Virus record (IMG/VR): IMGVR_UViG_3300009370_000001
DNA: 64,000 nucleotides
Direction: 5' to 3' (one strand)
Origin: a virus
Taxonomy: Duplodnaviria > Caudoviricetes
Part shown: positions 19,876 to 28,173 of the stretch, piece by piece
How positions within the stretch are numbered: the first letter of the stretch is position 1
Layout: every line of letters begins with the position of its first letter
Program-made: the position numbers and the translations under genes
Notes under the pieces: generated by a model
What the model saw: the letters and a program-made list of their open reading frames with translations, nothing else
The model's database searches: none
Told to the model about the DNA's origin: nothing

Positions 19876-19883
19876 ACTATTTA
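19876..19883 (+). promoter_or_regulatory. Candidate late promoter core ACTATTTA
   Basis: Directly after the terminator; 111 nt before ATG 19995. Confidence 0.6.
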
Positions 19884-19994
19884 GTGTAGGCGTTGTAGGA
19901 GGCGTCTATAGTCTGTGCACAGCGCAGCTATTAGCTAGCAGGTTTATAACTTGCGCAGCACTACATAATTCAATATATAAGGAGGAATTTTGAA

Positions 19995-20441
19995 ATGGCT
20001 GTTTCACAAAATATTGCAAGATTGCGTGCCCTCATGCAGGGACTTGCGGTGACCAATGTTAAAAGCATGGGTTTTCAATTAATGCAACTCGAATCCAAAG
20101 AATCGGTGGATGGAGGACTCGACGATGGGGCTAATACCTCACCACAGGCTCTTTCTTTGACTACTTTACTTTCTCTTGTCACTACGGCAGCAGGCTCCGG
20201 AAGCGTTTCGCTTGCGGCTGGCAACACTACTGGACAAGTTAAGTATGTGGTATTAAAAGAGGTTGGAGGTTCCAAGAGTCTCACCCTTAGCTGTTCGGCA
20301 GGTGTTGGAGGTACGGCATTGACTGCGTCGATAAATCAGGCTCGACAAGCGCTTGGTTTAATTTATGATGGGCAGAACTGGCAAATTTTGCACACTGCGA
20401 CAAGCGGTAGTGGAATCCAGGGCGGAGCCGGCGGAGTTTAG
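19995..20441 (+). CDS. Small virion protein carrying only the shared C-terminal module (paralogue 6); candidate capsid decoration protein
   Basis: AAGGAGG RBS; SLAAG...VVLKE...LIYDGQNWQIL resembles the fibre paralogue C-termini; adjacent to the capsid gene. Confidence 0.55.
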   Translation: MAVSQNIARLRALMQGLAVTNVKSMGFQLMQLESKESVDGGLDDGANTSPQALSLTTLLSLVTTAAGSGSVSLAAGNTTGQVKYVVLKEVGGSKSLTLSCSAGVGGTALTASINQARQALGLIYDGQNWQILHTATSGSGIQGGAGGV

Positions 20442-20477
20442 TTTAAACTTTTATAAGAAACTATCTGTGTCTTTATT

Positions 20478-20510
20478 AAAGCCCCTCAATTTCGGTTGGG
20501 GGGCTTTTCT
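20478..20510 (+). terminator. Rho-independent terminator
   Basis: AAAGCCCCTCAAT-TTCG-GTTGGGGGGCTTTT; UUCG loop. Confidence 0.85.
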
Positions 20511-20594
20511 ATCGAGACCAATAATCAAAAATGTCGATTTCCCAAATTTTTTCCCCGGTAAATTTTTGAGATTTTCGTTTTTATGTTTTAAAAA

Positions 20595-20602
20595 ACTAAT
20601 TA
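20595..20602 (+). promoter_or_regulatory. Candidate late promoter variant ACTAATTA
   Basis: 20 nt before ATG 20623, which has a GGGAG RBS. Confidence 0.5.
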
Positions 20603-20622
20603 GAACAGCGGGAGTTTAATAT

Positions 20623-21894
20623 ATGCCAACCAACCTACAACCACGATCTGAAACAAGTGCTATAGTTTTGACGTCTACAGGAAGTGTAGACCTAGTATCT
20701 GGTTCTTTACCCTTTGGAATCTACACAGGTTCTGCCGATTTCTTAAGTGGTGCAGCCCTTCAGGTAGCTTATACCTATAAGAAGCTCGGCGGAGATGTAA
20801 TAGACATCGAACTGACGCCTTCAAACGTCTATGCGGCGTATGAAGAAGCGGTCTTAGAATATTCGTATATTATTAACCTTCACCAATCTAAAAATGCTCT
20901 ATCCACCTTCCTAGGAAATGCAACAGGCACCTTCGATCACAAGGGAGATCGGAAAAGTGGTCCCTCTAATATCAATTTAAGATATCCAAGATTTACAACT
21001 GGATATTCTCGTCGCGTAGGTGACGGGGCGGCAGCAGCAGGCGGATTTGGGGGCACTGTGCCCGAATATTCGGCCTCCTTCCAACCTCAAACCAAAGTGC
21101 AGGACTATGACCTTCAATCAATCATCCAGAGTGCTTCCGTATCAGGAGTGGATGATGCCGGCACTGGGATTGATTTCCAAAATAAAGTTGATAATAAACG
21201 TGTAATCATCACAAAGGTGTTTTATAAGTCTCCCCGCGCAATGTGGCGTTTTTATGGCTACTACGGTGGGTTTGGCGTTGTTGGCAACATGTCAACTTAT
21301 GGTCAGTTTGCCGATGATTCCACTTTTGAAATTATTCCCACATGGCAGAACAAAATGCAAGCCATTATGTATGAAGATTCGATCTACACTAGAACTTCGC
21401 ATTATTCATACGAAATTATTAATGATCGCTTACGAATTTACCCAGAGCCCACTACGTGGAGCGATTCCCAGCTAGATCGTATTTGGGTAAGGTTCTATGT
21501 TGATATTGTGCCATGGCAGGAGGATGGAGATACTAAAACGGGGATTGAAGGCATTAATAATATGAATACGGTTCCTTTTGACAATATTCCCTATGCCAAT
21601 ATTAATGCTATTGGAAAACAATGGATTAGAAAATATGCATTAGCCCTCTCTAAAGAGATGTTGGGGCAAATTCGTGGAAAATTTACCACTGTGCCCATTC
21701 CGGGAGAAAGCGTGACATTAAACTTTGCGGATTTGTTGTCGCAGGCCAAAGAAGAACAAACAGCACTTAAGGATAAACTTATGGAGATGTTGAAGGAGAT
21801 GGAGTATCCCGCACTGGCTAAGTCGGATCAAGAACTGACTGACGCCGCAACTGAGGTATTAAAGATCACACCTCTTCCAATTTTTGTAGGATAA
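20623..21894 (+). CDS. Neck / head-tail adaptor protein (gp13-like)
   Basis: Position after the capsid gene; motifs LGGDVIDIELT and WIRKYALALSKEMLGQIRGKF...PGESVTLN. Confidence 0.75.
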   Translation: MPTNLQPRSETSAIVLTSTGSVDLVSGSLPFGIYTGSADFLSGAALQVAYTYKKLGGDVIDIELTPSNVYAAYEEAVLEYSYIINLHQSKNALSTFLGNATGTFDHKGDRKSGPSNINLRYPRFTTGYSRRVGDGAAAAGGFGGTVPEYSASFQPQTKVQDYDLQSIIQSASVSGVDDAGTGIDFQNKVDNKRVIITKVFYKSPRAMWRFYGYYGGFGVVGNMSTYGQFADDSTFEIIPTWQNKMQAIMYEDSIYTRTSHYSYEIINDRLRIYPEPTTWSDSQLDRIWVRFYVDIVPWQEDGDTKTGIEGINNMNTVPFDNIPYANINAIGKQWIRKYALALSKEMLGQIRGKFTTVPIPGESVTLNFADLLSQAKEEQTALKDKLMEMLKEMEYPALAKSDQELTDAATEVLKITPLPIFVG

Positions 21895-21901
21895 TTAAAT
21901 A

Positions 21902-22393
21902 ATGGCAGATAATGAATGGGAAAGACCTAAAAATCCTCCTCCTCCTCTTTTCTTGGGGAAGAAAGAGCGCAATTTAGTCAAACAAGTTAATGACGAATTA
22001 ATTGAAAAAGTCATTGGCCAACAGATCTTATATTATCCTATCGATTTAGAGACTACCAACTTTCACGAGCTTTACGGCGAGGCTATCAAAAAGACTTACT
22101 TACCTCCCCTCCGAGTTTATGCATTGGTAGAATTCTCCACCGAAGCTACTGAATATATGAAGAATTTCGGAGTAGACAAGACTTGGGAAATTGCAGTATA
22201 TTTCCATAGACGCCGCTTGACCGAAGATCAAGACTTATATGTGCGGGAAGGCGATTTTGTTCTATATGGCTCCAATTATTATGAAATTTTAAAAATTGAA
22301 GAGGAGCGGAAACTCTTTGGACAGGTTGATCACACCTTCCAGATAAAAGCAACGTGTAAGCGCGCGCGCAAGGGACTATTCGATGCTACCTGA
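21902..22393 (+). CDS. Head closure / neck protein (gp14-like)
   Basis: LYGEA...; EGDFVLY...YYEI motif; order between the gp13-like and gp15-like genes. Confidence 0.7.
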   Translation: MADNEWERPKNPPPPLFLGKKERNLVKQVNDELIEKVIGQQILYYPIDLETTNFHELYGEAIKKTYLPPLRVYALVEFSTEATEYMKNFGVDKTWEIAVYFHRRRLTEDQDLYVREGDFVLYGSNYYEILKIEEERKLFGQVDHTFQIKATCKRARKGLFDAT

Positions 22394-23273
22394 TAATTTT
22401 GATTTTGCAATGCTGCCTACAGGAAGCGTGGGCAATACCACCTTTACCTTAGAAGAGATAGGGATGCTGGCCTCCACTATTGAGAATATAGATTATTCTC
22501 TGGTATCGTGGGTAAAAGAAGACTTGAAACTCAGCACTGTTACCAATGAAGGCTTTAAAGAAGTCCCTGTATTGTGGCAAGTTCCTGAAAGGGCGTATCA
22601 GGTTAAAAATGAAAAATCCTTGCGCGATGACAACGATGCGCTGAAATTACCTCTTATTAGCGTAGAAAGAACAGGGATTGTGAAAAACCCTCAAAATCGG
22701 GGATCGTTTCAAGCTCATTTGTATTCTAATAAGCACAACCAGCGCTCCGGCCGATTTGTTATTGCAAAGCGCATTGTTGAAGACAAGACCCGTAATTATG
22801 CCACCGCGGTCGGCACACGAACCAATGCCGGCGGCACCCTCCAGCGTAATTATCCCCGCATTAATAAGCAAGTAGTAGTACAGTTTTTATCAGTGCCTAT
22901 CCCGGTATATGTGGATCTGGAATATAAGATTATAATTAAAACAGAATATCAGCAACAGATGAACCAATTGGTATCCCCCTTCATTGGGCGAACAGGTCAA
23001 ACCAATGTTTTTGTCATGAGGCGTAATGGACATCTTTACGAAGGCTTTATAGACCAAAACTTTACTCACAATAACACAGTAGCTGATTTAGCTGAAGATG
23101 CTCGCCTCTTTGAAACCGAAATCACTATTAAAGTCTTAGGGTATCTCATTGGGGAAGGCGAAAGCGATGATCGCCCCATTGTGACGATGGAAGAAAACAT
23201 TGTAGAAGTTACATTTCCTAGCGAAGGACCGGTCCCAACCGGCAATCTTAATATCTTTGGTAAGACTTCCTGA
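22383..23273 (+). CDS. Tail terminator / sheath stabiliser (gp15-like)
   Basis: LPLISVERTGI and PVYVDLEYKI pattern; directly upstream of the sheath gene. Confidence 0.65.
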   Translation: MLPDNFDFAMLPTGSVGNTTFTLEEIGMLASTIENIDYSLVSWVKEDLKLSTVTNEGFKEVPVLWQVPERAYQVKNEKSLRDDNDALKLPLISVERTGIVKNPQNRGSFQAHLYSNKHNQRSGRFVIAKRIVEDKTRNYATAVGTRTNAGGTLQRNYPRINKQVVVQFLSVPIPVYVDLEYKIIIKTEYQQQMNQLVSPFIGRTGQTNVFVMRRNGHLYEGFIDQNFTHNNTVADLAEDARLFETEITIKVLGYLIGEGESDDRPIVTMEENIVEVTFPSEGPVPTGNLNIFGKTS

Positions 23274-23324
23274 AGTAAACCCCCATTTTTCTTTGCAGTT
23301 CAGGAGCTTTTTGAGATCCCAAAT

Positions 23325-23332
23325 ACTATTTA
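23325..23332 (+). promoter_or_regulatory. Candidate late promoter core ACTATTTA (sheath)
   Basis: Follows a TCCTGAA/TTCAGGA hairpin with T-tract; 55 nt before ATG 23388. Confidence 0.6.
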
Positions 23333-23387
23333 ATTAATGATTACAGTGGCGTAATTTTAGCCCATTGTCTTAAAAGGAATCACAAAT

Positions 23388-26318
23388 ATGTCAGTAAAAA
23401 ACTTTAAGTTTGTCTCTCCTGGTGTTTTTATCAATGAGATCGACAACTCTTTCATTCCCAAGTCAGCAGAAGAAATTGGACCTGTTGTTATTGGTCGTGC
23501 CTCTAGGGGCCCCGCTATGCAACCTGTTAAGGTCCGCTCTTACTCTGAATTTGTAGAAGTGTTCGGAGATACAGTACCCGGAGGTACCGGCGGCGATGTT
23601 TATCGCGATGGCAACTACCAATCCGCAATGTACGGTACTTATGCCGCTAAAGCTTTTTTGCGTGCCAATGTGGCGCCCCTGACATATGTGCGCCTCTTAG
23701 GTGAGCAACACGCTAATAACACAGGCGCCTCTACCGCGCTCGCTGGTTGGAAAACAACTGAGAGCCCCGGGGCCACTTATGCTGCTAACGGAGGCGCCTA
23801 CGGACTCTGGATCTGGCCGTCTGGCTCTGGTACCATAGTAGGTGGGACAGCCGGACTACAAGGCGTCCTGGCTGCTATTTGGTACGTAGATGATAATGCT
23901 TCAATTGCTTTAAGTGGGACGCTAATGCGCTCCACAGCTACGACTGCTTCTATTGGGCAGGTCATAGCTAACGATACTGCCACCGCCAATTCTTTTACGG
24001 TGGAGATTCGAAACAACGACTTAGCCAGCGAAAAAATTCGCTTTAATCTTGATGATAGTTCCGATCTCTTCATTCGCAAGCGTTTTAACACCAATCCTCA
24101 ACTAGTGGCGGCTGCAGGAACATTTGCACCGGCCTCGTCGAAGAAAAACTATTGGCTTGGTGAGAGTTTCGAACAAGAAATTCGCGATGGTATCCATTCA
24201 AATCCCGCTCTCTTTACAGTGACGAGCGGAAGTTCTCTTACCTCTGCTGCTCTCCATGGATGTATCCTTCCTATAGCATTGAATAGCGCTAACACAACAG
24301 GGCCTCACAATGTTCAGGGGGTTAGTGCAGACTCGGCCCTTGGTAAAGCCGGTTGGTTCATTGGTCAAGACCTTGGAACTCCCGCTTCCTTCCGTCCGGA
24401 TCAGATGCAACAGCTTTTCCGTCTTAAAGACCGCGGACACGGCGAGTGGCTCCAAAAGAACGTTAAGGTTTCTATTGAGAACATTCGTAAGTCCACCTCT
24501 ACGGTAAGTGACTACGGAACATTCAGCGTGGTTCTTCGCGCTCTGTCAGATACCGATAGTAATGTTCAAGTGATGGAACGGTTTGATAACTGTACGCTCG
24601 ATCCCACTTCCCCCAATTTCCTTTCTCGCAAGATTGGAGATCAGTATACATCTTGGGATACCACTAGTCGTCGATTGAAGACTTATGGAGAATATGCAAA
24701 CCAATCTAAGTTCGTGTATGTGGAAATGAATGCGACTGTAGAAGCCGGCGGCACTGACGCCGAATTGCTTCCCTTCGGATATTATGGGCCGCCCCGGTTT
24801 ACGAGCGGAATCTCTGTTAGTTCTTCAGTCGACTTGACTGACCAGAATTTGATGATCTTTAATACCCCAACACTTCTGAGTGGTTCAACACTCTTGTCCA
24901 GCGTTGGTCTCGCCGGACAAGCGCTGGCCCTGACTGCGAGTCTCGGATTCCCCGTTGCACAGACTCGCTTGTCGGCATCTGATGGCGGCTTAGCAGATAA
25001 TACTGATGCCTACTTTGGATTCCAAAGCACGCGTTCGTCGACTAGCACCCGCTGGGATCCGAGCGTGGCCTCAATGCATCGTTTCTGGACTGCAACATCT
25101 GTTGACGATCCAGTAAACAGCACCGCGGTTGCCGGTATTGAATCTTATGCGTATATTTTCACTCTTGATAATGTGCTCTCTTGCAGTTCCGGCGGATACT
25201 ATTATGAATCCGGATCTCGCGCCTCCTCTAAGTCTGTAACGAGTGCCTCCTACGGCGATATCTTAGACCTCGGATACAGCCAATTCACCGCTCCTATTTG
25301 GGGTGGCTTCGATGGCTGGGATATCACAAAGCCCGATCCTCTATATAACACTGGAATGACAGACATTAGCAGTGTAGATGATCGCAATAGCTATGCTTAT
25401 AACACGATTAAGCGCGCTGTTGATACAGTAGCCGACCCTGAGTCTCTTAATATGAATCTCTTGGCCGCACCCGGCGTAACGGTTCCGGGCCTGACTACAC
25501 ATATGGTAAACGTTTGTGAAGAGCGCGCAGATGCGATGTCTCTCATTGACCTGCCTAATGTATACCTCCCTGCTTCTGAAGGATCTTATTCTTCTCGCAG
25601 CACAAAGGCTTCCCGTATCGCCACAACCCCCCAGCAAGCAGCCACAACCCTTCGGAATCGTCGAATTGACTCCAGTTATGGCGCAACTTTCTATCCGTGG
25701 GTCCAGACAGTAGACGACCGAACAGGCCGCATGCTGTGGATTCCGCCTTCCGTCGCAATGATGGGAGTGCTGGCATCTTCACAAGCTTCGTCTGAATTGT
25801 GGTTCGCTCCTGCGGGCTTCAATCGCGGCGGTCTTAGTGATGGCGCAGCAGGTATTCCAGTTACTTCTGTGACTGAGAGACTGACATCTAAAGAGCGCGA
25901 CACTCTTTACGATGCGCGCATTAATCCGATTGCCTCGTTCCCCTCTAGCGGAATTGTGGTGTTTGGGCAGAAGACGCTTCAAGAGCGCCAAAGTGCCTTG
26001 GACCGTATTAATGTACGCCGACTCGTTATCTACTTGAAGAAGCAGATTTCTATTCTCTCCACTCAAATTCTGTTTGAGCAAAACGTACAAGCGACGTGGG
26101 CGAGATTTAAGGGACTTGTCGAGCCCTTCCTGCAGAACGCAGTCGTGAGATTGGGACTTACCGAATATAGACTGGTCCTGGACGAATCTACTACAACCCC
26201 AGATTTGATTGACCAGAATATTATGTATGCCAAGATTATGGTTAAACCTGCACGCTCTATTGAGTTCATTGCGATTGATTTTGTGATTGCCTCGACGGGA
26301 GCATCTTTTGATGACTAA
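23388..26318 (+). CDS. Contractile tail sheath protein (gp18-like)
   Basis: N-terminal SPGVFINEID; C-terminal WFAPAGFNRG, INPIASF, VFGQKTL, DRINVRRL. Confidence 0.93.
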   Translation: MSVKNFKFVSPGVFINEIDNSFIPKSAEEIGPVVIGRASRGPAMQPVKVRSYSEFVEVFGDTVPGGTGGDVYRDGNYQSAMYGTYAAKAFLRANVAPLTYVRLLGEQHANNTGASTALAGWKTTESPGATYAANGGAYGLWIWPSGSGTIVGGTAGLQGVLAAIWYVDDNASIALSGTLMRSTATTASIGQVIANDTATANSFTVEIRNNDLASEKIRFNLDDSSDLFIRKRFNTNPQLVAAAGTFAPASSKKNYWLGESFEQEIRDGIHSNPALFTVTSGSSLTSAALHGCILPIALNSANTTGPHNVQGVSADSALGKAGWFIGQDLGTPASFRPDQMQQLFRLKDRGHGEWLQKNVKVSIENIRKSTSTVSDYGTFSVVLRALSDTDSNVQVMERFDNCTLDPTSPNFLSRKIGDQYTSWDTTSRRLKTYGEYANQSKFVYVEMNATVEAGGTDAELLPFGYYGPPRFTSGISVSSSVDLTDQNLMIFNTPTLLSGSTLLSSVGLAGQALALTASLGFPVAQTRLSASDGGLADNTDAYFGFQSTRSSTSTRWDPSVASMHRFWTATSVDDPVNSTAVAGIESYAYIFTLDNVLSCSSGGYYYESGSRASSKSVTSASYGDILDLGYSQFTAPIWGGFDGWDITKPDPLYNTGMTDISSVDDRNSYAYNTIKRAVDTVADPESLNMNLLAAPGVTVPGLTTHMVNVCEERADAMSLIDLPNVYLPASEGSYSSRSTKASRIATTPQQAATTLRNRRIDSSYGATFYPWVQTVDDRTGRMLWIPPSVAMMGVLASSQASSELWFAPAGFNRGGLSDGAAGIPVTSVTERLTSKERDTLYDARINPIASFPSSGIVVFGQKTLQERQSALDRINVRRLVIYLKKQISILSTQILFEQNVQATWARFKGLVEPFLQNAVVRLGLTEYRLVLDESTTTPDLIDQNIMYAKIMVKPARSIEFIAIDFVIASTGASFDD

Positions 26319-26344
26319 AGATACGGGAGTTTTTCCTTCCGTTG

Positions 26345-26352
26345 ACTATTTA
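26345..26352 (+). promoter_or_regulatory. Candidate late promoter core ACTATTTA (tail tube)
   Basis: 30 nt before ATG 26383, which has an AGGAG RBS. Confidence 0.6.
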
Positions 26353-26382
26353 ATTTTGAAACCTTATAGGAGTACCTAAATC

Positions 26383-26979
26383 ATGCCATTCTGGTCAACC
26401 AATCATTCTAACAACCCCGCGCTAAACGATCCCAAAAGGTCATTTAGATTTGTAGTGCGCTTTAACGGACTTAGCGATAACACGCTTTGGTACGCAAAAA
26501 CCGCTACAAAGCCTTCTTTTCAAATCGCTTCGACAGAGCACAAGTATTTGAATCACACCTTTTATTATCCTGGCGCTGTTACGTGGCAGGATGTATCGGT
26601 AACATTGGTCGACCCAGTCGATCCTGACATGGCAGCATCCTTGACAGACATCGTTCAAGCCGGCGGATATAAAATTCCTACCCCGGGCGACAACAGCACG
26701 ATGACAAAGGCTAGCGCTTCGACGGCGCTGGGTGTTGTGACGGTCGAGCAGATCGATTCTAACGGAGTCGCCCTCGAAACCTGGACGCTTAACAATGCTT
26801 TCATTACTGAAATTAAGTACGGTGACTTAGAATACGGAAAAGATGATTTAACGGTATTGACGGTTACGATGAAGTACGATTGGGCAACTCTGGAAGCCCG
26901 AGGAAAGAGCATTCGCGATAAGACGACAGCCACTGGCGAGAAGAATAAGTTCTGGTCTGTCGGCGGCGGCAACAGCTAA
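26383..26979 (+). CDS. Tail tube protein (gp19-like)
   Basis: DPKRSFRF, YYPGAVTWQDVSVTLVDP, WTLNNAF...GDLEY...YDWA; follows the sheath gene. Confidence 0.85.
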   Translation: MPFWSTNHSNNPALNDPKRSFRFVVRFNGLSDNTLWYAKTATKPSFQIASTEHKYLNHTFYYPGAVTWQDVSVTLVDPVDPDMAASLTDIVQAGGYKIPTPGDNSTMTKASASTALGVVTVEQIDSNGVALETWTLNNAFITEIKYGDLEYGKDDLTVLTVTMKYDWATLEARGKSIRDKTTATGEKNKFWSVGGGNS

Positions 26980-27008
26980 GAATTTTAACAAAGAACAAGA
27001 GGTGAATA

Positions 27009-27869
27009 TTGTCACGCAATAAAGATCGCTTGGGCATGGGTGACACCACCCCAGATAACAGTGGACCCCCACCCCAAGCGTTACAACAAGAAACATCGGG
27101 ATTCTCATTTGTGATCCCAACTGAATATGTAGAACTCCCCTCCCAGGGGCGATTCTATCCTGAAGACCACCCATTGCATGGGCAGGAAAGTATTGAGATT
27201 AAACAAATGACCGCCAAAGAGGAAGATATTTTAACTTCCCGGACACTCCTTAAAAAGGGGGTAGCTCTAGATCGAGTCATTCAGAACTTAATAATGGATA
27301 ATCGGATCAACGCCGATAATGTATTAGTAGGCGACAGAAATGCGATTCTTATTGCTATCCGTTCATCTGCGTATGGAAATATTTATACGACGAAAGTGAC
27401 GTGTCCTGCATGCGAAGCTTCGCAAGATTATTCTTTTGATCTAAACGAGGCGAATGTCTTTGATGGCACCACGGGGGAAACCGATCTGGATATTGTTAAC
27501 CACGGCGATGGGACGTTTGAAACGATCCTTCCCAGTACTCAAGTTACTGCTACTTTTCGACTTTTAATTGGCCGAGATGAAAAGGCCATTTTGAAAGGCG
27601 CCCGCAACAAGCAAAAGAGTTCTTACGAGAAAGCAGTTACAACTCAACTCCGCAATATGATTGTGGCTGTTAATGGTGATGATTCGACCCAGGCCTGTAA
27701 CTATTTGGTGGAAAACATTCCGTCTATAGATGCTCGCCATTTGCGACTCGCTTATAAGATGGTAGCTCCCAATATCGATTTAAACCAAGAGTTTAGCTGT
27801 GGCGAATGTGGCCATGATCAGGAAATGGAGGTTCCGCTGACCGCGGACTTTTTTTGGCCTGACCGATGA
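27009..27869 (+). CDS. Baseplate hub assembly / tail assembly chaperone (gp26-like)
   Basis: TTG start with GAGG; VELPSQG..Y, MTAKEEDIL and two CxxC pairs; ends DFFWPDR over a T7 run. Confidence 0.75.
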   Translation: MSRNKDRLGMGDTTPDNSGPPPQALQQETSGFSFVIPTEYVELPSQGRFYPEDHPLHGQESIEIKQMTAKEEDILTSRTLLKKGVALDRVIQNLIMDNRINADNVLVGDRNAILIAIRSSAYGNIYTTKVTCPACEASQDYSFDLNEANVFDGTTGETDLDIVNHGDGTFETILPSTQVTATFRLLIGRDEKAILKGARNKQKSSYEKAVTTQLRNMIVAVNGDDSTQACNYLVENIPSIDARHLRLAYKMVAPNIDLNQEFSCGECGHDQEMEVPLTADFFWPDR

Positions 27870-27873
27870 ATAT

Positions 27874-28101
27874 GTGGAGAACGTGTATGAGCAGTTCTTC
27901 TTCTTAAAATATTCAGGCGGTTGGTCATTTACGGAAGCTTATAATCTTCCCGTAGGTCTTAGGACGTGGTTCGTAGAACGTCTCGTAAGACAGCTTGAGG
28001 CAGAATCGGACGCAATCGAAAAAGCTTCTCAGGGCGGCAAAGGCTCCAATATCCAGACTTTAACGCCTTTTAACCAGCCCACTGCACCTACGAAGTATTA
28101 A
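27874..28101 (+). CDS. Second tail-assembly-chaperone segment, probably reached by frameshift
   Basis: Frame is open from 27841; GTG start lacks an RBS; EQFFFLKYSGGWSFTEAYNLP; directly precedes the tape measure gene. Confidence 0.65.
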   Translation: MENVYEQFFFLKYSGGWSFTEAYNLPVGLRTWFVERLVRQLEAESDAIEKASQGGKGSNIQTLTPFNQPTAPTKY

Positions 28102-28102
28102 G

Positions 28103-28128
28103 AGACAGGCATGCCCTGTCTTTTTTTT
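28103..28128 (+). terminator. Rho-independent terminator
   Basis: AGACAGG-CATGC-CCTGTCT followed by a T run. Confidence 0.85.
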
Positions 28129-28134
28129 ATGCAA

Positions 28135-28142
28135 ACTATTTA
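28135..28142 (+). promoter_or_regulatory. Candidate late promoter core ACTATTTA (tape measure)
   Basis: 6 nt after the terminator; 31 nt before ATG 28174. Confidence 0.6.
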
Positions 28143-28173
28143 CTGAAGACGCTAGATCCCGGGAACTTAATAT

